IMG/VR virus record: IMGVR_UViG_3300048110_000147
Coordinates: 32,878-96,877 of that record
Length of the DNA: 64,000 bases
Source: a virus
Reading direction: 5' to 3' (one strand)
A model generated the notes under the pieces. The model saw nothing but the letters and a program-made list of their open reading frames with translations, was not told the DNA's origin and did no database searches. How positions within the stretch are numbered: position 1 is the first letter of the stretch; each line of letters starts with the position of its first letter. The position numbers and the translations under genes were made by a program. Below are positions 16,968 to 25,469 of the stretch, in pieces.

Positions 16968-17243
16968 TTACTTATTCCAGATTTCCATTGAAGCTTCGAT
17001 TAGGTCAGCCTTTCTTGTAGGGATACGACCTTTCGAATCTTTTAATTTGGTTTTGTTTTCTTTGACATATGTCTTTAGTTTAGGCACTGTCATTCTTGAA
17101 AACTCTTCTCTTTGCTCTTCTACAGTAGGACCGCTTGTATTTTTTACTGGTTTAGAAGGTTCTATATCCTTCTTTCTAGCAACATAAAAAAATGATGCGA
17201 TTACTACTAAAAAAATAATTCCAACTATTGCATTATTATCCAT
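16968..17243 (-). CDS. Membrane-anchored protein with C-terminal SAP/Rho-N-like helix pair
   Basis: N-terminal TM; MTVPKLK.Y.K...RKADLI. Confidence 0.6.
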   Translation of the reverse strand: MDNNAIVGIIFLVVIASFFYVARKKDIEPSKPVKNTSGPTVEEQREEFSRMTVPKLKTYVKENKTKLKDSKGRIPTRKADLIEASMEIWNK

Positions 17244-17279
17244 TTCTTACTCCAAATATTTCAGTTGATTTTACAATGT

Positions 17280-17287
17280 TATTTATA
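17280..17287 (-). promoter_or_regulatory. Late promoter
   Basis: TATAAATA upstream of 17243 and the kinase gene. Confidence 0.7.
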
Positions 17288-17291
17288 TAAT

Positions 17292-18086
17292 TTATTGACT
17301 AGACTTAGCGAAGATTTCGTGTAACTGGTTTGCGAACACTTTTTGTGTTCTTTCGCCTGGATGTCCATGCTCTTTAATATTATTTAAAGAGATACCTATA
17401 CTGTACAGATCCTCACCGTGACCCATACCAATACGACTAGTCTTTTTCAGATTAGTTATAGATTGTGTCAACCACTCTTTGTAGTCTGGAATAGATTCTA
17501 TACGTCTTTCTTTATTTTGTATTTTGCCTGAAGCATCATCTGGACATTTATCTGACAATATAGACATTATGTTAGACCAGTTTCGTTTATGGAAAACTCC
17601 CTGAACTAGAGTTATTCCTTTAGCCTCACATATAACCTCTAGAGCTTTCATTTTGCTGAGAGTATGCATGATGTCGGTCTTAGAGTCATATGCCTCATCA
17701 AACATATATTTGTAAGCACGTCTCCATTCTTTATCATAAATGGTTTCAGTACGAAGCTGTGAAAACTGCGTGACATTATTCTGACGACCAATATCCTTAT
17801 CACGTTCCTTCGGCATATACTCTACAACTTCTTTGCGTTGCCATGCGGACCATATTACAACTACATGAGTGACCTCATCTTTGTAAGGGTGAGAATGCAA
17901 AAAGTCCGTAATTTCACGAAATATTTTATCGTTACATGCACCGCAAAAACCACGGTTAGAATACTCGATACCAAGTTTCTTAGCAAGCAGGTGAGTAAAA
18001 GTATATTCCCAATGGGTAGGTGGAGACTCATCCCAACCTTTAAGTTCGTCTCCCCAGACGAAACTACATCCAGCTGTTACCAACAT
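17292..18086 (-). CDS. SGNH-hydrolase-like protein
   Basis: N-terminal AGCSFVWGDEL, N.G..G..N, W(S)..R, C-terminal GHP. Confidence 0.6.
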   Translation of the reverse strand: MLVTAGCSFVWGDELKGWDESPPTHWEYTFTHLLAKKLGIEYSNRGFCGACNDKIFREITDFLHSHPYKDEVTHVVVIWSAWQRKEVVEYMPKERDKDIGRQNNVTQFSQLRTETIYDKEWRRAYKYMFDEAYDSKTDIMHTLSKMKALEVICEAKGITLVQGVFHKRNWSNIMSILSDKCPDDASGKIQNKERRIESIPDYKEWLTQSITNLKKTSRIGMGHGEDLYSIGISLNNIKEHGHPGERTQKVFANQLHEIFAKSSQ

Positions 18087-18460
18087 TAATTCTTCTCTTT
18101 ATAGTCTTTGATAGCAGCTTTAATCGCATCTTCTGCGAGTACACTGCAATGAATTTTTACGGGCGGAAGTGCGAGTTCTTTGGCGATGTCTGTATTACGG
18201 ATATTCCCGGCGTCTTCAATATCTTTGCCTTTGACCCACTCTGTGAGTAGAGAACTAGAAGCAATAGCACTACCACAACCATAAGTTTTGAATTTAGCAT
18301 CTTGAATAATTCCATCATCACCGACAAGGATCTGGAGTTGCATAACGTCACCACACGCGGGTGCACCGACCATGCCAGTACCGACGTTGTCGTCTTCTTT
18401 ATCCATCTTCCCCACGTTGCGTGGGTTCTCGTAATGGTCTAGAACCTTGTCGGAATACAT
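18086..18460 (-). CDS. iscU: Fe-S cluster assembly scaffold IscU
   Basis: YSDKVLDHYENPRNVG, GAPACGDVM, FKTYGCGSAIASSS, LPPVKIHCS. Confidence 0.96.
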   Translation of the reverse strand: MYSDKVLDHYENPRNVGKMDKEDDNVGTGMVGAPACGDVMQLQILVGDDGIIQDAKFKTYGCGSAIASSSLLTEWVKGKDIEDAGNIRNTDIAKELALPPVKIHCSVLAEDAIKAAIKDYKEKN

Positions 18461-18702
18461 TACTGAAATAGTTCCTCATACAACTCATAAACTTCATTAG
18501 CCTCTGTGCGAGACTCTTCCATGTTTTGTTTATGGTAGATAGTCGCAAGTTTACGGAAGTGCTTCTTATCAACACCGTACTTCTCGTTAGTGACATCTAC
18601 GATATCTTTCATCAATTCTTTCTCAGCATCGATACGCAACATGCTGTCAGACATCTCTCTAATCGCGTCTGCGACTTTCTTTTTATCTTCCGGACCTATC
18701 AT
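18460..18702 (-). CDS. dsbA: T4 DsbA-like dsDNA-binding protein
   Basis: I.E.SD...I.A..E..KDI......G...K.F.KL...YH pattern; start MIGPED after GGAG. Confidence 0.65.
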   Translation of the reverse strand: MIGPEDKKKVADAIREMSDSMLRIDAEKELMKDIVDVTNEKYGVDKKHFRKLATIYHKQNMEESRTEANEVYELYEELFQ

Positions 18703-18983
18703 ATTAATCTTACTCCACTTGTTGCTTCCGTCCATGCGGCGGAAAAATCATCATTAGTTAGTGTGCATAGAACATACTGTTGGAAACAAACCTTCTCAGG
18801 ATTTTCCTTACTTGTCATACACACACCACGTGCAAAACCGATACCTTGATCACCATGAATCAACATACGAGGATCTTTGAGCGTAACTGTACCATCACTA
18901 TTCATGCCGCCCAAATTACTTTCCAAACGACCTACGTATTCTCCACTTACTGTGACAACCGTCACCACATCATTATTCTTCAT
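18699..18983 (-). CDS. Small Sm-like fold hypothetical protein
   Basis: VVTV.TVSGEY.GRL...L.DPR; C-terminal ATSG..L. Confidence 0.6.
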   Translation of the reverse strand: MKNNDVVTVVTVSGEYVGRLESNLGGMNSDGTVTLKDPRMLIHGDQGIGFARGVCMTSKENPEKVCFQQYVLCTLTNDDFSAAWTEATSGVRLI

Positions 18984-19656
18984 TTTCAATCTCTTCAATT
19001 AACATATCACGCATTTGTTGTGCTTTCGCATCTTCGGGATTATCCACACTACCATTATTCACAAATTTATATGCGAGAGTAATGCGCTGACAGCCTGCAT
19101 ACGCAGCGTGCCAACAGTGTAGGTCTTCTTCATGACCCGCACCGAAATAATAGTGACGACACTGCCAGCCAGGTACATCCTGAATCTTTACAATCTCATC
19201 TGTCTTCTTATCGTAGTACTCAAAGAAACCTTCTCCGGTCTCTGACCACGTGAATAAGACTTGGTATGCATTGGCATCATAGTTAGTGTGCCATCCTACA
19301 AAACCGCCTGGCGGGTAATAGGAGAGTAAAGCGGACGTATGCGCACCTAGGTGAGAAGCAAAATCATACTTCACCTTCTGCATAAATCCACCCCACATCT
19401 CCTTGTCTTCACGCACCATTTTGGAGATTGGTTGTGCGAAGTATCTATCGGGCGGGCCAACCAGACCATCACGACCACGAGACAAACAGTCTTCTAGATA
19501 TTCACGAGAAGTGTAATAATCCCCTTTGTGAACATCTTCTGGTTCGTGATAGGTCCAATACTTTTCGTCGTTGTACGACGGTTTAGACAGCATCTCATCT
19601 GAGAAACTGTTTAGAGTCTCTAACAACTCTTTATTACGAATAACTACCTCAGTCAT
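18973..19656 (-). CDS. 2OG-Fe(II) oxygenase-like (DSBH) protein, H-x-N variant
   Basis: YPPGGFVGWHTN, WHAA, RITLAY; paralog of 41509-42153. Confidence 0.65.
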   Translation of the reverse strand: MTEVVIRNKELLETLNSFSDEMLSKPSYNDEKYWTYHEPEDVHKGDYYTSREYLEDCLSRGRDGLVGPPDRYFAQPISKMVREDKEMWGGFMQKVKYDFASHLGAHTSALLSYYPPGGFVGWHTNYDANAYQVLFTWSETGEGFFEYYDKKTDEIVKIQDVPGWQCRHYYFGAGHEEDLHCWHAAYAGCQRITLAYKFVNNGSVDNPEDAKAQQMRDMLIEEIENEE

Positions 19657-19658
19657 TA

Positions 19659-19856
19659 TTAAAAATCATCCTCATCATCAAGTACATTTTTAAATCTTTC
19701 ATTCGCTTTCTTTAAGTCGTTCTCAGTGACAGCTCCCATCTCAAGTAAGTATGAGACTGCGGCATTAATACCCTCTTGTCTGCCAGCTCTCTTGGCGAAC
19801 CAAGTGGCGGCCGCCATAAGCATTATCGTGAAAACGGTTTGCGTAATCGGATCCAT
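19659..19856 (-). CDS. Small membrane protein
   Basis: 65 aa, N-terminal hydrophobic helix. Confidence 0.65.
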   Translation of the reverse strand: MDPITQTVFTIMLMAAATWFAKRAGRQEGINAAVSYLLEMGAVTENDLKKANERFKNVLDDEDDF

Positions 19857-19865
19857 AGTGATTCC

Positions 19866-21260
19866 CTAAAATTTAAAGTTTTCGAATTTCTCTGAGTCAA
19901 TTCTCTGACCAGAGTTTGAGTTATCAAAGGCTGGACCATTATCTACTTCTTTATTTAGGGGCGAATCGTTTTGATCTACATCAAATAAACGCATTTTACT
20001 TCTATCAATACCAACGACAAATCTTTGGTTTACACCTAGGTCGTTGTACCTATTCTTCAATTGTTTAACTAATATTTGACCATTTGCATTCAACTCATCA
20101 TTACTGATCAGAGCAAACATCAAATCTGCTGTGGCAGGGAGACCGAACGATTCAGAGGTGTCCTCAAGACTCACATCATCGTTGCTGTAACCCGAGCGAG
20201 TAGTCTGGGTTGCAGATACTACCGGAACGTCAAACTCAACAGCAAGTCCACGCAGTTCTTCAGCAATGGATTTGATATATGTATAAGAGTTGATAGCACC
20301 ACCCATCGACTTCATTCTAGCAGAAGAACATATGTTAAGATAATCGATGAAGATGATATCGGGTAGGAACTTCTTCTTCAGTTTCAACTCATTAAGAAGT
20401 GCACGGAAGTGATTTGCATGTGCACTGCCAGTCGGGTATTCTTTAATGATCAGTTTACCAGTAGTCTTGTCTGCGACAGTCTTAACACGATTTGTAAACA
20501 TGTCTTTACTAAGATGTTCCAATTGGTCAATAGGCACGTTCAGTAAATTAGCATCGATACGTTCTGCAATACGTTCTTCGGACATCTCCATAGTGACATA
20601 CAAAACGTTCTTGTTCTGACTGAGTGCTGCAGCTGCAGCATGACACATAAACAGAGACTTACCTACACCAGTACCAGCAAGAGCGATATTGAGAGTTTTG
20701 TTAGGTAACCCGCCTTTGGTTATACGGTTGAAGTAGTCTAGATCCCAAGGGAGACGTTCTTCGTCCATATGGTAGAAGTCCCACCGAGCATCGATATTTT
20801 CTAAGTAGTCGTGACCGATGTTAGTGTCAAATGACACAGACAGTGCCTTAGACAATACGTCAGGTATCGCATTCTTAGATAACTCTTGGTGCTTACCATC
20901 AATGATGGAAATAGACTCCATCACTGCATTGAATACTGCACGGTCTTGACACCACTTCTCAGTGCGTTCTACCAACCACGATAAGTCTTCCTCAGCATAC
21001 TTGAAGATGTCTGGAAGGATATCCATAGTGTGACGATAATGTTCGTCAGACATACGGTCCTCAGAATCAATCTCAATCTTGAGTGCTTCCTTAGATGGGA
21101 GATTGTTGTACTTTGCGATGTAGGCAGTGAACTCTTTGAAGACACTTTTATAAGTACCTTCAAAGTATTCGGGAGAGAGGAAGGGGGCGACCTTCCTCAT
21201 GTAGGAATCGTTAGTCAGTAGATTCCGGAGAATCGTCTGCTGTAGATTGATGTCCGTCAT
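19866..21260 (-). CDS. 41: Replicative DNA helicase gp41
   Basis: AGTGVGKS Walker A, TMEMSE, IDYLNI, SATQTTR, ESFGLPATAD, KQLKNRY. Confidence 0.96.
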   Translation of the reverse strand: MTDINLQQTILRNLLTNDSYMRKVAPFLSPEYFEGTYKSVFKEFTAYIAKYNNLPSKEALKIEIDSEDRMSDEHYRHTMDILPDIFKYAEEDLSWLVERTEKWCQDRAVFNAVMESISIIDGKHQELSKNAIPDVLSKALSVSFDTNIGHDYLENIDARWDFYHMDEERLPWDLDYFNRITKGGLPNKTLNIALAGTGVGKSLFMCHAAAAALSQNKNVLYVTMEMSEERIAERIDANLLNVPIDQLEHLSKDMFTNRVKTVADKTTGKLIIKEYPTGSAHANHFRALLNELKLKKKFLPDIIFIDYLNICSSARMKSMGGAINSYTYIKSIAEELRGLAVEFDVPVVSATQTTRSGYSNDDVSLEDTSESFGLPATADLMFALISNDELNANGQILVKQLKNRYNDLGVNQRFVVGIDRSKMRLFDVDQNDSPLNKEVDNGPAFDNSNSGQRIDSEKFENFKF

Positions 21261-21573
21261 TTGAGTCCTTCTTCTGTAGTGAACCAGTTTCGATTGCCGA
21301 TTCTAGAATGTCTCCTAGTACCTCACCGGCAAACCCTTGTAGCTGTGTATTGTCTGTATTATACACGCTTGGGTCTAATGTGTCAACCACGTCGAAGGTA
21401 AAACTAATATTTTGCTCTTCCCCATTAATACGAACGTTATTAAAACGAATTGTAACATCTTCGTACGGTTCTCGTTTGAGATTCACATTCCATGTTTCTG
21501 CACCATCAACTACAGCTGGTTCTAATGTATAGTCGATGTTTTCAGACGGTTTATCTAGATCTAGGTCTTTCAC
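21211..21573 (-). CDS. Acidic protein in the gp40 position (between uvsX and 41)
   Basis: Synteny with T4 uvsX-40-41; sequence similarity not recognisable. Confidence 0.55.
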   Translation of the reverse strand: MKDLDLDKPSENIDYTLEPAVVDGAETWNVNLKREPYEDVTIRFNNVRINGEEQNISFTFDVVDTLDPSVYNTDNTQLQGFAGEVLGDILESAIETGSLQKKDSNDGHQSTADDSPESTD

Positions 21574-22625
21574 ACCAGTTCCTCTTCAATCAATGTTTCA
21601 GGGTTAATCTCGCTCTTGTATCCTATCTGATACGTCTTCTTCAAGAACTCTGCAAAGTCAGTTGACTCAAAAATAGGTTCCCAGAAGTCAGCGGTCATGG
21701 TTTCTTTCAATCGCAATTTAGAACCAAGTACTTCACCTGTAGTCAAGTCAACACGTTGATACCAACCATTGGATGGTTTGTCGACATACCCACCCGCAAG
21801 GGCAACATCAAGAAGACCAGAGTACTTCTGCACCCCACCTTCCCAAGATACGCCAATCGGAATCTTAGATTGTTCTTTCACGAATCGAGACTTCTCGACT
21901 TTAATAACAAAGTCATAACCAACAATTTCAGTACCCTGCTTCTCTTGACGACGACCGATGATCCAGATGTTGTCGGCAGAGTAATAGATACCAGTACCAC
22001 CACTCACGATATCTTTTGGAAACAAACCAATCTCTTTATAAGTGTGATTGATTGCAAGCATCGGAATGTTCTTCATCGCAAGGTATGGTGTTGACATACG
22101 GAACAGACCTTTCAGTGCCTTCGCACGTGACATGTCTGCAACACCCTTTTCAGCCAACGCATCTTCTAGTTCTTTCTTAGACGCAAGGTTACCGATAGAG
22201 TCAATCACGATAATGACATCGTCGTTGCGGTCCAACTCTTCTAGTTGGCTGATCAAGTCAAACTTTAACTCTTCGACGTTTGCAATAGGTGTGTGCAATA
22301 CTCGACTAGTATCAATACCAAATTGTTCAAAGTAAGACTGTGGCGAACCAAACTCTGAGTCATAGAACAACATGACCGCATCTGGTTTCGCGTTAAGGTA
22401 TGCACCTGCCATGAGTAAGGCAAATGATGTCTTAAAGTGTTTCGATGGTCCAGCGAGGACAGTAAGTCCTGGCGAGATACCACCGTCGACTGACCCCGAC
22501 AACGCAACGTTCACCATCGGAACGTCGGTCGGAACCATATCTTTTTCAGTGAAGAACTTACTAGTGGAGAGTGTCGCCGTCTCCTTTATCTTCGAGTTCT
22601 TCTTCAGTTTGTCCATTATCGACAT
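21570..22625 (-). CDS. uvsX: RecA-like recombinase UvsX
   Basis: AGPSKHFKT, YDSEFG, IDSIGNLASKKE, DMSRAK, SGGTG.YYSAD; start MSIMDKL. Confidence 0.97.
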   Translation of the reverse strand: MSIMDKLKKNSKIKETATLSTSKFFTEKDMVPTDVPMVNVALSGSVDGGISPGLTVLAGPSKHFKTSFALLMAGAYLNAKPDAVMLFYDSEFGSPQSYFEQFGIDTSRVLHTPIANVEELKFDLISQLEELDRNDDVIIVIDSIGNLASKKELEDALAEKGVADMSRAKALKGLFRMSTPYLAMKNIPMLAINHTYKEIGLFPKDIVSGGTGIYYSADNIWIIGRRQEKQGTEIVGYDFVIKVEKSRFVKEQSKIPIGVSWEGGVQKYSGLLDVALAGGYVDKPSNGWYQRVDLTTGEVLGSKLRLKETMTADFWEPIFESTDFAEFLKKTYQIGYKSEINPETLIEEELV

Positions 22626-23550
22626 TTTTGCCTCCAAAATCTACAAATGTAATGTTGTTTACTTTTTCACGTTCATCGAGGTCATATTGTACACGATAAG
22701 CACTATTGATGTCAAGTACTTTCTCCAATAAATCGAAACTAGTTCCAGTTCCGTCCTCAAACTCATGTGTAGAGAAATCCAGAAAAGCACGTGTGTCTTT
22801 AGGGAGACATGCACCACCGAATCCACGTTTACCATCGAAGCCAGGAACACGAGTGTGACCTAGTCCTACACGGTCATCTGCACCCACGGCGCGGACGATA
22901 GTGTTGAAGTTACACCCATATAAATTTACTAGATCATACAATTGATTAAAGAATGTAATCTTAGTAGATAAGAATGAGTTGATTGAATACTTGACAAAGG
23001 ATGCCTCGTACGCAGTCATACGATGATAATTGTTAGACTCACATGATCCGAAGATTTCATAAATGTCAATAAGGTCTTGACATGCTTCTGGCATACCACC
23101 CATGACATGAAACTTCGCAGTAACGAAGTCTGCCTTTGCATTCTTCTCTGTGAGAAATTCTGGATTATAACAAAATCGATTCACCTGTTCTCTGTTCATC
23201 GCAGAGTATAGACGGTCGACAGACTCCGGAGTGATGGTCGATTTAACAACTACTAGTGCATCGGTATAAACCAGACAGTTAGCAACTGCCGCTTCAACTA
23301 TAGTAGAGTCAACTGAACCATCGTCATTCGACGGAGTAGGAGCGCACACGAAGAAACACTGTGGATGATTCTCTCGCGGTATGTGTTGTAAATTTTCAAC
23401 AGCAGTATCATACTTTGGATCATAGAAATTAAAGTCTACGAGAGGATGCGTGAATGCATACTCGACCGCTTGACCTACAAACCCATGACCAACAATTCCA
23501 ATTCTGAATCGTGATACTTCACCATCAGGCATTGTTCTATCTTCAGACAT
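22561..23550 (-). CDS. UDP-glucose/GDP-mannose 6-dehydrogenase family protein (short form)
   Basis: GIVGHGFVG, CAPTP, KSTI.P, NPEFL.E, K...N.FL..K..F.N, GFGGACLPKD catalytic Cys. Confidence 0.88.
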   Translation of the reverse strand: MSEDRTMPDGEVSRFRIGIVGHGFVGQAVEYAFTHPLVDFNFYDPKYDTAVENLQHIPRENHPQCFFVCAPTPSNDDGSVDSTIVEAAVANCLVYTDALVVVKSTITPESVDRLYSAMNREQVNRFCYNPEFLTEKNAKADFVTAKFHVMGGMPEACQDLIDIYEIFGSCESNNYHRMTAYEASFVKYSINSFLSTKITFFNQLYDLVNLYGCNFNTIVRAVGADDRVGLGHTRVPGFDGKRGFGGACLPKDTRAFLDFSTHEFEDGTGTSFDLLEKVLDINSAYRVQYDLDEREKVNNITFVDFGGKNVDNGQTEEELEDKGDGDTLH

Positions 23551-24491
23551 TATTCAATCCCATTGTAGTCTTTATACCATTCATAAAACCGTTCAACACC
23601 TTCTGCAATACTTACTTTTGGTTCGTATCCCAGTGCTTCTAACTTGGTGGTATCAGACCAAGTCTCTAGTGTGTCTGCTGGATGTTTTGGAGCAAGATTC
23701 TTGATAGCATCTTTCCCCGTATTCTTTTCAATCTCGCTGATGAAGTCCATCAATGCGACCTGTTCACCACGACCAATGTTAAATATCTCACCTGCCTCGA
23801 TGTCGGTATTACCTAAAACGATTTCAATACCATCTAGGATATCATCCACGTAGGTAAAATCCCGTTTCATATCACCATAATTATACACGGTAATTTCCTT
23901 TTCGTCAAGTATGTTCTTGGTAAAATCAAACAATGCCATGTCTGGTCGTCCCCAAGGACCATATACTGTAAAGAATCGTAGACCGACTGTGTTCAGACTA
24001 GATGACTGCATCTGACATTCGTTGGCCCACTTGGTGTAACCATACGCGTTCAACTGCTTGCCATGTTCTTTACCTTCCACCCACGGTACCGGAGAACCAG
24101 CATAAACGCAAGATGTTGACGCATAGACAATACGAGTGTCTGGAAGATGTGTCTTACACACGTCGATTATGTTCTGAGTTGCGTCGATGTTGTTCTGGTG
24201 ATAACTCTTCTCTTTACCTAGAGAGTCTCGCACACCTGCCATTGCAGCAAGGTGAACGATAGTATCTGGTTGAAAGTCTCGAAGTAGTGCCTCGACCTTT
24301 AATTCGTCGCGAAGGTCACATCCCCAGATATCAATATCGAAATGAACCATTCGGTCTCTTTTCAGTGATGGGGTGTACAGATGATTATTAAAGTTGTCCA
24401 GACCCTTAACCTCTAGACCCTGTCTTTGTAATCTGTCACATAATTGCGAACCGATAAATCCGGCCGCACCTGTTACTAAAACTTTTTTCAT
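23550..24491 (-). CDS. NAD-dependent epimerase, UDP-glucuronate 4-epimerase-like
   Basis: TGAAGFIG, HLAAMAGVR, ASTS.VY, YGYTK, LRFFTVYGPWGRPDMA, RDFTYVDD. Confidence 0.92.
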   Translation of the reverse strand: MKKVLVTGAAGFIGSQLCDRLQRQGLEVKGLDNFNNHLYTPSLKRDRMVHFDIDIWGCDLRDELKVEALLRDFQPDTIVHLAAMAGVRDSLGKEKSYHQNNIDATQNIIDVCKTHLPDTRIVYASTSCVYAGSPVPWVEGKEHGKQLNAYGYTKWANECQMQSSSLNTVGLRFFTVYGPWGRPDMALFDFTKNILDEKEITVYNYGDMKRDFTYVDDILDGIEIVLGNTDIEAGEIFNIGRGEQVALMDFISEIEKNTGKDAIKNLAPKHPADTLETWSDTTKLEALGYEPKVSIAEGVERFYEWYKDYNGIE

Positions 24492-24492
24492 A

Positions 24493-25434
24493 TCAACTAT
24501 TCCTGTAAATAAATTCTAATGCCCTGTCCGCCTCTACGGTCAATGGACGGTTCTCATACCAGTTACCTGTTTCACTATCAAACTCACGACACATGTCTGC
24601 AATCTGGGATGCGGTGATAGGATAACCTTTGGCATATGCATTGCCTGCAATAGAAATCATTATCTTATACATCTTAGAATACCAACCAGTTTCACTAATA
24701 GTTTGATACTCCACCGCCAGACGTTTGGGCCAGAACGGACAGTCGCGGTATGACGACCATCTGTAGTCGGTGTTATTTAGACTATCTTTACGGTGTTGTA
24801 TTATCGCCTGTTGCATCGCTGTAGGTAATCGGTCAAGAAAAGAGTTACCTGTTCTCTCATGGTATGGGTGTCTTGCCATTAACTCAGATGTGTTTAGAGA
24901 GATCCCATCGTTGTGAAAGAAGAAAGATTCTGCATCCGGATATACTGCTGGGACATAATACATGCGAGCAAGGTCTTTGGTCTGAGGGTCACCCATCTCA
25001 CCAAGTTCGGTATTGAGTGCATACCAGAATGACTTGATGCGTTCGTTTTCGATATGTTCATCGAGTTCAAACACGATACGAAACTTGAGGTGGTTCTTAC
25101 GAGAGCTTGCAGTGCTGTAAACGATATAATTATACTGACCGAATCGTTCATATAGGTTTTGTTTTATTTCATCAATTCCCACGCCAACCATAAAATCATC
25201 CACATCGACAGCACACCAACCACCCCAATGTAAAGTAGATTTATTACTGCGTGTACTGCTTTCCTGAAAACAAGCAGGAGTAATAAGAGGAGAACTATTT
25301 CCACCGCCTTTCTGTCCTTTCTGTTTGCTTAGTTGAAATAATAAATCACGAAAAGACTCCCAAGATTGTAATACTACTTTCCTGTGAGTCTTATTATCGA
25401 ACTGATTTTTGAATATAGTAATTTCATAATTCAT
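24493..25434 (-). CDS. Archaeo-eukaryotic primase (AEP/PrimPol)-like protein
   Basis: AVDVDD, YSTASS...KFRIVF, DPQTKD.ARMYYVP; start MNYEITIF at 25434. Confidence 0.72.
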   Translation of the reverse strand: MNYEITIFKNQFDNKTHRKVVLQSWESFRDLLFQLSKQKGQKGGGNSSPLITPACFQESSTRSNKSTLHWGGWCAVDVDDFMVGVGIDEIKQNLYERFGQYNYIVYSTASSRKNHLKFRIVFELDEHIENERIKSFWYALNTELGEMGDPQTKDLARMYYVPAVYPDAESFFFHNDGISLNTSELMARHPYHERTGNSFLDRLPTAMQQAIIQHRKDSLNNTDYRWSSYRDCPFWPKRLAVEYQTISETGWYSKMYKIMISIAGNAYAKGYPITASQIADMCREFDSETGNWYENRPLTVEADRALEFIYRNS

Positions 25435-25440
25435 GCAAGC

Positions 25441-25469
25441 ATTATACCATAATATAGGGGACGTGTCAA
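25441..25469 (-). promoter_or_regulatory. Sigma70-type promoter, probably giving a leaderless mRNA
   Basis: TTGACA-N17-TATAAT-gcttgc-ATG. Confidence 0.8.
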
